In this document: in pieces, positions 1 through 12,600 of the stretch
How positions within the stretch are numbered: position 1 is the first letter of the stretch
Layout: the number at the start of each line of letters is the position of its first letter
Assembly: GCA_002633005.1 (NCBI GenBank)
Contig: NMRA01000007.1
Span: 568,842-632,841 of the forward strand
DNA: 64,000 nucleotides
Direction: 5' to 3'
Source of the DNA: Phoronis australis
Taxonomy: Eukaryota > Animalia > Phoronida
Position numbers and translations under genes: made by a program
Notes under the pieces: generated by a model
Databases searched by the model: none
Told to the model about the DNA's origin: nothing
What the model saw: the letters and a program-made list of their open reading frames with translations, nothing else

Positions 1-1010
1 TGATGTCTAATGAATAGACGAAACGTCGATTAATAGGAACTTTTTTATTTGTGCGGTGATTGTCCGTTTTTTGATTCTTTATAATAACTGGCTTACTTTT
101 ANAGAGAAAGTGGAACCGACACCCGGGATGGGGGGGTGGGAAAAAATGAAGAGAACGAACGTAGGTCTTGTAGACGACGAGGTAGGTGGCTGAATGAGAA
201 ACCACGTTGAACTGAACAAAGGAAATATGGGCGACCAATCAGGAGTCGCGTAGAGAAACGTATGAATACAAAAGTAGGCCCTTGAGGCTATAAATAGAGA
301 TGAGTAATGCAAAATAAACCCTAAGGACTGGTCTCAAAATAAAGAGACAAGTGTCAAAATAATGACGATAAATGCATTTAACAAATTAAATTTAATTTAT
401 GGTTGAAAGAGAGTGGTTCACTTCCATGTGCCCGGCATTAGGCGCAACATACTGAGACAAGTGAACAAGTTTGCAAAGAGGTACTGAACTGGAATTTTCA
501 TTGTACAACGATGCTTGCCTTCCGTAGTCTTTTTTATGACACCGAAATTACGGGTGCACTTCAGAGACACGGCCTCGGCTAAGTATTGCTCCGGTACCCA
601 GTGACGCGCGAAGTGTTTTCTTTGCCATTAGCGAGAGGAGGATATATTACGGGGTGAATAAGAAAAGCGAAGTGGAATCCATATCAACAAAATACTAAAA
701 AATGTATAACCTTTTTTAATGTTTACCAGGCAGCACTTACACTGAATTCGAGGGGTCGGGTACTGTATATTGCCACATTGTATATTGACCTTACAGCTAT
801 GGTGATGACCTTTTTACTATTTCCTGTTATTGTTGTAGCACTCATTTCACATCACGGATGTAACCTAACTCGTATGTCGACACTTGATGTCTGATTGTTT
901 GTATCCTGATGATGTCTAATGAATAGACGAAACGTCGATTAATAGGAACTTTTTTATTTGTGCGGTGATTGTCCGTTTTTTGATTCTTTATAATAACTGG
1001 CTTACTTTTA
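1..1010 (+). repeat. Direct repeat 1-101 = 910-1010 carrying the hammerhead motif
   Basis: Identical 101-bp sequences; the first is followed by a single N at 102. Confidence 0.85.
900..942 (+). ncRNA. Minimal type I hammerhead ribozyme motif (Penelope/retrozyme-like)
   Basis: ATC-CTGATGA(906-912)-T-GTCTA-atgaa-TAGAC-GAAA-CG-TC-GAT: intact core, 5-bp stem II, palindromic ACGT in place of stem III, short stem I. A second copy is truncated by the window start (1-30). Confidence 0.7.
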
Positions 1011-1372
1011 ATCGCGCGATATCTTTCTCACAAAGGTTGACTTTTCATCGTGGCGACTCTCTAGAAGGGTGTGTATCAATTTTCAGCGGTTGAGTGATTC
1101 CCAATCAGGAAGTTATTACCTGATAGTATCTCTATCCAAAGGAGGTAGCCGAGTATGAAAAACGTTTTTTCTAGCTTTCAATAGGCAGACATCGGCAACA
1201 GTTGTGGATATTATTGCCGCGCCCCAGGGACGCGCTTGTATTGTGAAATAATACTATTGTCGGCATAACCAGTAACGACATTTATAATCAGATGTGTTAT
1301 CAACTGAATTACACATGCGCGTTGTCACCTTTACTATAAAATTATCACATGACTTCGAAAATAGTTACATAC

Positions 1373-1442
1373 CATGGGCGGCGCAGCACTGAAAAAGATG
1401 GGGGGCTATAGCTCCCCAGCCCCCTATAGTGCCCCGCCCATG
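1373..1442. mobile_element. Tiny MITE-like hairpin
   Basis: TIR CATGGGCGG...CCGCCCATG with an inner GGGGGCT/AGCCCCC inverted repeat; no clear TSD. Confidence 0.5.
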
Positions 1443-2942
1443 AAACCAAAAGCGTGTTAACAAAGGTAGTATTATTTTTAAGGGGTCCACGAAACGTAAT
1501 CACACGTTTGAGTCAACGCTACCTTGTTCTGCAGTCGGTGAACATAGCCTTTCCTTGATGCCTTAACTGGCGCAGCTGGTGATGGTATCGAGAGAATATT
1601 AGTAAAGCGGTCATGAAATACATCTCAAGGTTCGTCCGTGACATGAAACCTAGCTCGCTGCACTGTCCAAATTCATTCATTATTGCCCATGGAAATTCTT
1701 TAAGCGCATTTTATGTGCCAAATGTCCAAGTTATTCGATTATACGACTTCATTCAACTACATGGCAAATCTTGATCGACCATTTTCAGGCCTTTGAGTTT
1801 TCGATGCTTTTGCCGAGAGAATGGTGCGTCTCAAATTTTTATTTATCCTCGAACAACTGGGTTAACGGCTACCCGTAAATAAACTTTACATAAAAATGAA
1901 ATTGTTTTCAAAAGAGATTTTGATTGCTGACATTTCCGTTGTTTAAGGGCAAATAGAACTTTTTTTACAAATCGTTGATGCATCACTGGCCGAGAAAGTC
2001 CTATTTTTTGTTTGGCGTACGCGCGTGCAAACTTTCAATTCACCGTCGAGGATATTATTCAGATATAAGTTGAACAAAAGTTACATGTAAGTAAATATCC
2101 AGTAAAATTGTTCGTTTGAATGCATTCAACAAAATTTATAAAATGAAGCTATCGTAAACAAGCTGCTACCCTGCTCACGTCCACAAAGAGAGCGTCTCAA
2201 ATGCAGCCACCAAAACAGTTCACGCGCAAAATGTTATTCCAAAAACTGAACTTCCGCTGCGTAGTAATGGTATTTCACACAGTTTGCCGAAAACCCGTAA
2301 AGCAGTAGTTTCTTTGCGACATTAACTAACATCAAAACAAAATTGTTTCAATTAAAAGATCATTCAATTAGAAAAGTATTGAGACTTTCTTGTTTTGGAA
2401 ATAAAATTAAATTTCGTAATGACGTCATTACTGAACAATGGGCCAACCCAAGTGTAAAAAACTGTTAAGAAACCTCTAGTCTTATGTTGTTCGCATAAAT
2501 TAAACTTTTTTCATGATCCCAACAACATGATATAATCGCCATTTTGTTAAATGCGACGGGTAATCGTAATATTTAAAGTGGCCTCTATTTGAGGTCAAAT
2601 TTCGTATTCTTATATGATGAATTAAAATCCATAAAAACGAAGTAGGGGACTGCCTAATTATTTTTAATTCATATTTTTATAGGAAACATGATTGATATCA
2701 AAATAATTGTGACTTGTTGTAAGGAAGTCAAAGCGCCAAAATTTGAAATACTTAAAAATCCAGAAAAAACGACAAATTTAGTAAACGGCTTGCCATACCA
2801 AATAAGGATACGTGCTTTGTCGTGTGGTAGAAAAATCGACTGAGTAACGAGCAGTGGACAGATCATTTTGAAATTTAAATCTAAAGAAAATGCTTTGACA
2901 TCAACAGAAATTCAAAACCTTTTCAAACAAACAGCAAAAATA

Positions 2943-3100
2943 CCTGGGCTGAGTTGCATAAAGTTTCAAAAGATATCCGCTGGACAAGTTTGATTGTTGC
3001 ATGACGTCAAGTGCATTGTTCAACAATAACATCGTGACTCGTGACAATGCGACGTCATTGTTGCTATACGGCGTATAACTTTTATGCAACTGGGCCCTGG
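2943..3100. mobile_element. MITE (Harbinger-like ends), copy 1
   Basis: TIR CCTGGGCTGAGTTGCATAAA...TTTATGCAACTGGGCCCTGG; homologous copy at 35200-35357. Confidence 0.75.
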
Positions 3101-3549
3101 TGAACAGTTTGACCTCTGCTTCAGCGGTTTAGAACCACACAAAATCAGAATGAGATTCCTTTGTTCAGAGTATGGCAATTGCCTTTGTTTACTATTGAGC
3201 AAAAGATAGACCCTGGCGTTACCAGAAATCAATAGGGTCCCGCAACACATATTCGCCTTCACTGACTTAAAGTTTGGTGGGGATTCGTGACATATTTTTC
3301 ACTTATTTCGAGGAAATGGTTTTGGAGATCGAAACAGAGATGGAAACACCCATTGTAACCCGTTGGTGCTTCTGGCTAATCCAATGCTAAGCCGTCTTGT
3401 GTGAGCCACCGACTAATTAATAACTGAGTGCTATGCTTTGGAAATTTGATACAATGATTTACTCGCTAAACGCATTGCACGGATTGCGCGCATCTTTTCC
3501 GAGTGTCAATCGTTTGCATGGCATGTTTATTCCTACATGTATTTTTCAG

Positions 3550-3648
3550 TTGAGTTTTCCGTCATCCGTCATGGACAACTGAGCGGGCCGAAGGATTTAT
3601 ACACAGATGGAGGTTTACTGTGTAATTTTCCTATACACTGTTTTGACG
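3550..3648 (+). CDS. Patatin-like gene exon with the DGG catalytic motif
   Basis: ttttcag|EFSVIRHGQLSGPKDLYTDGGLLCNFPIHCFD|gtgagc, phase 1-1. Confidence 0.88.
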
Positions 3649-6600
3649 GTGAGCACTGTGTGTTTTATCGACAATGGTAACTTACAGGGGTCCAGGATTT
3701 CGAGAACCAGTTTTTCTGTCACTGTTGTTTGATGACGTTACTTTGGAGGGCTTCTACGGGATAGAAGGAATATCTTCTCTTTTTTGACTTTTTAAAAGTT
3801 TTATTATTCAGTCATACTGAATGTATCTAGCGTTTGATTTCAACTGTAAACAGATCATTTATGTCATCGACGGCAACAAGAATGATTAAAACTTTCCACA
3901 TAAGGCTATTTAACACCAACTGTTGGTGATCTCTCAGGTCCTTTATCAGTAAAATCAATGATTTTCTTGACAAAGAAATTAATTTGAAAATCAGTCGTTT
4001 TCACGGCTTTCATGTTTGTGTTGGGTTTTCGCTATACCAAGATCAACTACACTTCCTGTTTTCTTGTATTTTGCCAACCTCTCGCTTAATTTCATATGGA
4101 AAATTGTTGTGTTTTGGTTGCAGGATGGTTCTTGTCCATGAAACCAGAGGATAACTTTTTCTCAAAACTGAAGCCGGGTGCGAATTTTGAGGATAAATTT
4201 AGAGGAGTTAACTGGAAAACAATAGGATGCTTACTTGTAAGTATGGTCAAGTGCTGATCCATAACCTCAAGAAGAGTGTTTCGACAATAGGCAAACATAA
4301 GGGGTGCTACAGATTCCTCCACAGCAACAATAAAAAGGTCACCAAGCGGGGTACCTTTTCGCAGATGTAAAATGCTCGAAAAATGAAAATCGTGCATGAC
4401 TGCACAAAATCACGAAAGGCGTGTGTTACGTGAGTATGATCGCGATTTTTCTAACGTGCCTTGGCGAAATAGTAGTGACTACAGTGACAGGTCGGTAAAG
4501 GGCCGTCTTAACAGTTCCATAGGTGCCCGTCTGAGCAGTGCACTGAGACCCCTTGGCAACAAAACTACACATTGAACTCTCGAGCAAGTCTTAGTCAAAT
4601 CTGTAAATAATTAATGCACACTTTTTCAATTTAACAAAAAATAAAACAACGTTTTTGACATTTGAATGGAGCTTCAAGTTTTGGATGACCAACATTCAAC
4701 CGAGTTCATGGCTCATTTCAGTCGTCGCACACACATCAGTCTTGTTTTTTGTGATAAAATCACGATTTTGTCAGTCTTAATCAATAAGTTGGGTTTGTCC
4801 CTCGTTAATGGGGCATGGAACGCGAAAGCTCATCAAAAATATCTATCAAACAATTCCTGACGAAAGTACCGTCTCGCAACGTCTAGTACAGAGTTATTAT
4901 CTTTTCCCTGTTGGGAAATTTTTAGAAAAATCACAAAATTCACGATCTTTGAAACACCCGAAGGAAAAACTCTGTGGTTACCACAGAGTTTCTAATCTCC
5001 CTCCCACTTATGATAGATGTGAGCATGCGCTCACAGTCAGTTGCCTGAAGTCGCTTGAGGTCAAAGGTCACATTTTCCTGTAAGGGAAAGGTGCTACGTC
5101 TAGATCTTGCCATGTCAAATAATGATACGTGCTTTGCCTTGTGGGAGAAAAATCAACGAAACGGTGAGCTGTTGACAGATCATTATTTCTGAAGTTGGAA
5201 ACTAAAAGAAAATGCTTTGATATAAACAGAAAGAAAGTACATGGGGAGCAGACTGAATTCTCTTTCAGTGACAGAGAACCACTTTTAAAGTTGCAATTTA
5301 GTCTGTTTAACGCGTTCCATGCCCCTTTACAGCTTTACATTTTGATCCAAAATTTTTCAAAAAGCTAAATCGATGGCCATAAAATTCGCGAACATGCAAG
5401 AAATTTCACTTGGAATTGTACTGAATTTGAACTTTGCAAACAGTTTGTACAACATCAACGGGACTGAGCTCACATCGTATAAATGTCGCGTGACTTTGAA
5501 ACGATACTACCGAATCTATGGTCTCCAGTTATGCCGTCATTTAGTTTCATTTTTCGTCAATCCTCTACAAAGCTGTTACGGATTATTCTCCTAACCCACA
5601 AAAAATGAGAAGGCTTCGAGTCAGGTTCGAGACGACTTTGCAACACTTCTGAGAAGAAAGTTTTGGCCGAAAAAAATTAACATGTCCAGTACGAGTCCGG
5701 TGCCAAGCAATTCTCTTGAGGACGATCCTTTACGAACGTTTCAAGTGATGTTAAATCCCTCTCATATAAATTTGTTTGCAATATGCCGTCAACGGGCGCC
5801 AGTCAGTGAAAGAAAGGATTTGTAGCACCAATCCTCATACCATTGTACCCATTCATGTGTTTTCTCCCCAATCGAGAGCTCTAGCATTAAATTTCTGAAA
5901 TTACCCATCTGTTCAATACAGGGAAAACAATTCTGAATTCATGGGGAATTGGGCACAGACGGCAATTCCCCCCCGGGCTCTCCCTCGACTCCCTCTGCAA
6001 GAGAGGCCGAATCCGAGAGAGAGAGAGAAAGGTCAGTGATAGATCGATTCCATCATTGGGCCTCTGTTAGAGACACGGAAAGAAATGATGTATGGAGTCA
6101 TAAAACTAAGATATAGCGATTTCTCGTGTTCCTAGTGTTTCTTCAAAAAATAGTATAGGTATTGTTAAAGTCAATGTTTTGTACTTTTCAAGCTCTCGGT
6201 AGAATATTTTCACTGGAAAACTTTGCCGAATTCTCAGATTTGTTCATTAAAACCGAAATGGTTGATTTTTAAATTCAAGGTTGTTTTTTCGCGCCATTTA
6301 CAGGAACATTTATTGCACATTTCGAAACCTTTTGGTTGACAAATATATACAGGTGGGATATTGATCTACTTGCACTTCTTCTACGTATTCAACGTCAACT
6401 CAGTGTGAGAAGAGGGTCAGGCAGGTATTAAATGTCTTTCATTCAAAATACAGAATGCAACGTTGCTACACTTAGAAAATGATAAAAATACTATTTGGTA
6501 ATATCTGATCTAGGGACACACTGGACGCATTTTGTGCTGAAAAACCTTTTAATAATGAGCCACACAGATTTGCTGCTGAAGCGAACAAACTGTTCTTAAT

Positions 6601-9600
6601 CTTCTTTAAAATGTTGTTACTATAGATGCATTGGTAAGAGTGTCCGGTATCAGACAAATTTTCTTTGGTCACATCTGACCTATACTGGTGCAACGAAGCG
6701 ACGACATTAATTTTTTGTTATCATCTGAATACACTAACCTGAAATATGCAAAAAAGCGTGAAAGTAACAACGAAAGCGATATTGTACCCGACGGCGAGAG
6801 GATGTTGTCGACTATTCGTAAAGATGGGCTCTAACTAGGACTCGTGTCATGAAGATTATTTTTTTCCCAAAACCGTCATAACCTGTATACAATATTTTCA
6901 TTTAGAATAAGTACGTTGATGAAACGGTCTCTAGACAAGACGAAACAAACAAGTTTGGTCAAAAAATTTTATTGAATCCAACAACTATAATAAGGCTTTT
7001 ATTCAATTTGTAACGAGTGTTTCCAACGTTTATTTGATTCACACCTTGTTTTAGGCCGCTGTGCCTAAAATCTTGAGAACGTAATGAAGTAAACTACCTT
7101 GGTGAGACCGGTGGATCGGTTAATCAAATTGCGGGCTCAGCACGCAGGAAAATTTTGTTACCACTCCGCTCCATAATAGGTATTTAGTTTCAAATCGGTA
7201 ATCACTTTTCTGAGATTGTCTTTGCCCAAGTTAAGTCCAGTCCACACGTTGCAATCGTCGTATACGACCGTCATACGACCGCAATAACACAAAAGCAGCG
7301 ATGTCGTTACGAGGCTGGTAACGTACCTGAATTATTTGTCATGTCCTACATCACATACCGGCTGTTTTGAAAGCAATAAAAAGTATAGTAAACGTTTACT
7401 AACAGTTGAACATAGAGCAAGGCGCAGGCGAGGACCCTGCACCCAATGCCCACGCGAACTGAATGCGGGCCGCTGAGTTGTGCTTGGCCACAAGCCGTTC
7501 CGAAACTTGCCTTGACCGGAAGAGCAACACTGCCCTCCGCCTTGGTCCATATAACGCAACAATGACCTTGGGTTCTGTTCATATCGACCCAATAGCAAAA
7601 ACTTGGTTGATCATGGGGCCCTGTGTTCGTGGGGTCTCCAGGCAAATGTTCAGTGGGACCATACATTAAGACGGCCCAGGGTCGGTGAGGTTGGAACGGT
7701 GAATTATGGGATAGATTTTACTGGTTCTGTTCCAAAAACTAAGATTTCTCGCTCCAAGTGCATCGTGAATGCTCTGCTTCCACGAAGGTACCCCAGGAGG
7801 TCCGGTGCCCCAGACTCTCCCATCCGGGTCCAAGATGGGGATACATCTATCGCACGCCTGGGCTTGTTACATAAAAGGTCTACAGAATCCCTTATAAATT
7901 TCCATCAGGCACAAGTGCATGAACTTGTAAAGACATTTCATTAAATATCATTTTGTCCTAAATTTTGGAAACCTTTGTTTTGCCAACTTAGAGTACGGAC
8001 TGAGTTTCGTCAGTCGAAGGGTGAACGTTAAATAACAACTTTGTTTTGGCGGATTAAGGTGAGCCCATCGCCAAGAAGTAAAACGCCGTTTTGGAGGTCT
8101 ACGCAGAATTTTCCCTCGGAATTAGTGGGTGGGCACCCCTTTACTGCCCTATGGGGCATCCTACATGTATATCTGCCAATGCATTTTATACCTGCAGCCC
8201 TTTATGCAAACGGACAACTGAGGATTAAAATACGCATGACATTCTTGAAAACTCTGGCACAAAGCCAAAGCGAAGTTGTGAATATTGAAAAGGCATGTAA
8301 TTCCTTACGCTTGGTTGACCTTCCAAATTAACCATTATTTCCGGTTAGCCGAATTTGGTCTTTACAACTTTGGATTCAAGTCAATGCTCACAAGTTATTT
8401 CAGACTTGGTTGTGTTTATTGTCTATTTCAAATACCATGCGCGCTCCACATGGTCGTCATGGCCGCTATAAACTATTTTGAGACTCAGTGGTGACGTTTT
8501 GTGTTTCAGTACTCCGACAGCGATAGAGAAATTCTGTCCGATAAACTCCGAACGATGAATTCGCGTCCAGATGATTTGGAAATTGACTCGCCTCATTTCA
8601 GGTAAACTTGTTGAAAGTCTGGAAATGATGCACGACCCTAGTTCGATCGGTTTTGAACAGCCTCGTTGATTCAGGGAAGGCAACGTAGCCTTAGGGAAAT
8701 CCCCACCGTTCTGTTACTAAGTTGCACTCCTTCCTCTTTCTTTTTCTTTTCTCATGGGCATTTGGCATGGAGAAAAGAACGCTTGTCGGGAGAAATGAAA
8801 TGTGAGCGGGAAATGATAGACTCTGTGTTCGTATGAAGAATACTCGGATAGCTGGAGGATAGAAACACATCTCGTGAAAATAGATCTATTTACGAGATAA
8901 AAGCATTATAGTGAGAACTTCTGTGCTGGTCTAAGGGAGAATGATTGGCCAGCTGTCTTTCTCTTCTTCGCCTTCTTCCTCTTATTCGTCTTCTTCGTAA
9001 GTGACTAACGCTGCGGTATTTGTCAACTGAGTTAAGTCACCTTTACCTGTGATGACTGCGTATTAGTTTTATGTTTTTGGAGGTTTCCAACTTTTATCTA
9101 AATACACACAACAAACTGCGTACCGGACGTTTCCCGTAGCCTCGTGCATCTGCATAAAAAAATTGCATAACATTATTGAGTTATTTTTGTCAACGCGCAG
9201 ATCAGTTTAAATCCTGCATATATAGAAAAAGCATACAACCTGCAGCTTCACGCCATACTGATTTCATCTGATTTTTGTTAAACATTTTAAGTCCTTCATC
9301 ACCTCATCACCTTACAGAAAAACATCACATTTCCTAAAAACCCAGTCGATGACACTTCTTGTTTTGCAGACGATACATGAAGGCGTTAGACAGTCACCAC
9401 AAGACCAGCCGAAAAGATTGGGAGATTTTGGTGAACGCAAGCCATGCGTTCTTGGCAGTAAGTTACATGTGATCAATCAGAATCGAACATTACAATGATG
9501 GAATAAAGAGAACAATATGGAATGTGGACTGGCCTGGCCATGTTTAGGGAACATTATAGAACAGCTGTGCACAACCCCCCTCCCCCTGCGTCCTCTCGGC

Positions 9601-12600
9601 GATTCCTCTTGTCCTCCGTAAATTCACACCGTCCATTTTGGAGTGATATATGCATGTTTATGTAGTGTAATCACTTGGAACTACTCTTGTGTTTCAGTGC
9701 CTGGAGGGTGTAGGCAAATCAGGGACCATTGAACGTCCCGCCTTAGAAGAACACATCACCAAAGCCCTCAGTGACCCAGTAAGCTTTGTATTTTTAAGTT
9801 TTACCAATCATTTTATTTAATTCATGAACTCATTTCAGCAACTTATTGTCTCCTTTTTATCTTTGGAAGTGGAGCTTGTGAAGCACGTTTGTATTATCGG
9901 GACATATGTGGAACATAAATAGACTGCCTTGTTATAATATTATGTACTCGATTATCAGCAGAGGGTGAAGAAATGGATGCAAGTGCACAACATGAGTTTT
10001 AAACTGTGTAACACACTAGGGTACTAGAATAGGAACATACCCTAAAATGCAATAACCATAGGCGGATTTAGGGAGGGGGGGGCCCGGTGGTATAGTGGTA
10101 AAGCACGCGCGCTCTATCCGCCAGGTCGTGAGTTCGACGCTTTGACAATTGCGGTTTTTCACGTTTGACACGTTCTTCGTGTTTTTTTTTTCTTTCTTTT
10201 CCTTTGCATTTTTTTTATTTCTTTTTCTTTGCTTCTTTGCCTTTTTTTCTTGGATAATACTTCAGGAATCAAGAAAAAAGTTTAATTTTTAGAGGAAAAA
10301 ACAGAAAAAGTCGAAGCCCCCTCCCGACCTCCCCCCATTCGGTGCTATGCGCATCTAATCGTGCTTTGCACAATTTTTTCAGAAAAAATGTTGGGCCCCC
10401 CTTGGATATCCTAGATCCGCCACCGATAACCACCGTAAAAACGCAACGGTTGATATCGTCAGCATGCTTAATGCAGAGGCAAGAACAGATACTACAGAGT
10501 TAAAAGTACTCACACCTATGTCCAAATTCAGAGTCAAGTCATTTTGAAGGTCTGGCTCCAATTTCCAATGAGTAACTTTTTCTGCCAAACTTAAAGACAT
10601 TTTACTGTTTTGACGCCTTTTGGGTCAAGTCGACAAAAATGTATTTTACATCTTTTATTATAATGGGACTTTCGCGTCCAAACAAATTAATCAAGAGTAA
10701 CAAACCGGATGTCACGTTGCGAGAAACAAGCGGTCTGTTATGCTGTGGTTTGCATCGCGTTCCTAAAGTAACTAAAATAGTTAATTGCAAACTTTCAACA
10801 GGGATAATTAACATTCTTCAAAAAGGTAATTTCCCTTAATTTATAAAGAACTAAAATTATAAGAGGATCAACAAATTCCCTTTGCCACCAATTGTGTCAA
10901 CGACTTCGTTTTTGGGAGGAATGTAACCCTGTACATAAGAGACGGTAAATGTCTATAGTTTCTGAGCAGGATATGCGGACGGGACAGTTTGTACCAAAAT
11001 GAAGGGAGAAACTTACGAAACGCAAGATGTCATGCGTCTTCTTCAGATATTGCCATATATTAAAAGTGAAGCACGTGGTAACATTTTGCAAAATGACCGA
11101 TGTCCAGACTGAGTTACCATGTCACTTTTATACCGCATTCAGATCTGAAATTTTATGAGAAGGCATGCAAGCGTCCTGTCTTCCACTTTACAAGTAATTA
11201 CTAACATTAATGGACAGAATTCTAGAATATTCTGAATAACCTCGTGGAGCTACCACAGGTGAACAGAACATATAAACATAGCACTTCATTTTCTATACTG
11301 AGTAAGCATGGTTCGATCTCTTTATTAAAATAAGTCTTAGGCAGGCCATACATGCAACAAGTTGTTTGACCGTGGACAAGTAGTTTTTAATCAATGTTCA
11401 ATCACTGTTCTTCAATATTTCTGGTCACGACTATGTACATGTATTTTACTAGGGGTGCCAACTGACTGATCGTCATTTGACTTTGTTGTTCGGCGAAAAA
11501 CATACCCTCCAATCTATCATGAATGCACTCGACAGAAATGGCGACGGACAAGTAAGTTATCTGGGTTTCTGACTGTTTCTACACAAGCCTTCACAGGCAC
11601 ACTTGCAAGGTATGCTTTTTAAATTGCGGAAAATATAAATACACAATAGGATAAGAGCTATTGGTCAGGAAATATTTCCACTAACACTGCAGCTACTTCT
11701 GGTAGCTTCCAAATTCAGGAATTTCAGATAATTGATATTATTACTTTTTCTTCTTGGACTTCCAGTTGTTATTTTTTCCCCCTTTTCCTTGATATAAATG
11801 TTCTCTCTGACGCCTATTGATGCTCCTAGGTGTCTTTGACACGAATATTCTGTGAGAAGTCTCTTGATATCAAAGTTCTCTGGGACGGCTATTGATACTA
11901 ATGCTCTGTAAGACATCTCTTGATATCAATGTATGTCTTTGACGTCTCTTGGTAAAAATGTTCTCTGATAGCCCAGTCTTTGATGTGTCTTGGGAAAAAT
12001 GCTCTCTGGTACGCCTCTTTTTGGCGTCTGCTGATATAAAATGCTATCTTGGAGGCATCTTGGTATGATTGTTCTCTGGTACGCCACTCTTTGACGTCTC
12101 TTGGTATGAATGATCCCTGGTGCGCCTATATTTGACATCTCTTGATATGAGTGTTCTCCGTTACGTCTCCGTGACGTCTCTTGATATATGCTCTCTCGAA
12201 CGTCTCTCTTGTAAGTATATTGATGGAGAAGTTTCACTGTGTTCACCACAGAACGAGCATAAATCATTTGTTTTTATTTTATTTTTATGCAAATTATTAT
12301 TGGTTGGCAATATTCTGTGAATTAAGCGGTATTGAAACCAACGCATTTTTGTATCTGTTGTACAATTGAAGGGGAGTTTATTTACTTTTTTCCACCATGT
12401 CTCAGGGTCACTAAAAGTTACATTATTTATAACACCGTTTATATCTATCTCAGATGACCACTTGTTTTTATATATAAAAGCTATCTGAAGTGACTGTACT
12501 AAGATGTCATAAATATTCAGCGCTTGTGATTTATTATGCAAAATTTTATAAATATAACTTGGAAAATTTGGTAAAAAGATATTGTCTTGTCTATTCTAAG

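Noticed and set aside
6914-6955. Hammerhead-like TTGATGA...GAAAC
   Set aside because: Spacing and stems do not fit; it resembles an internal DNA-transposon palindrome
7332-7944. Cys-containing ORFs as a possible GPA2/GPB5 ligand gene near the receptor
   Set aside because: No cystine-knot spacing and no signal peptide
8941-8996. Possible first exon ATG...TC|gtaagt
   Set aside because: Low-complexity pyrimidine tract; exon 8510-8601 already supplies the in-phase link from the patatin exons
10081-10141. tRNA gene
   Set aside because: A and B boxes are present but there is no acceptor stem or proper cloverleaf, and it lies inside a MITE
11008-11048. Second hammerhead on the minus strand (CTGAAGA plus GACGCA/TGCGTT stem)
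   Set aside because: The GAAA core is replaced by GTAA and no stem I can form
9370-11610. Stand-alone sarcoplasmic calcium-binding protein or photoprotein-like pseudogene (DRNGDGQVSYLGF*)
   Set aside because: The apparent stop lies in an intron; splicing at CAA|gtaagt gives a complete EF-hand loop in frame within the patatin-like gene
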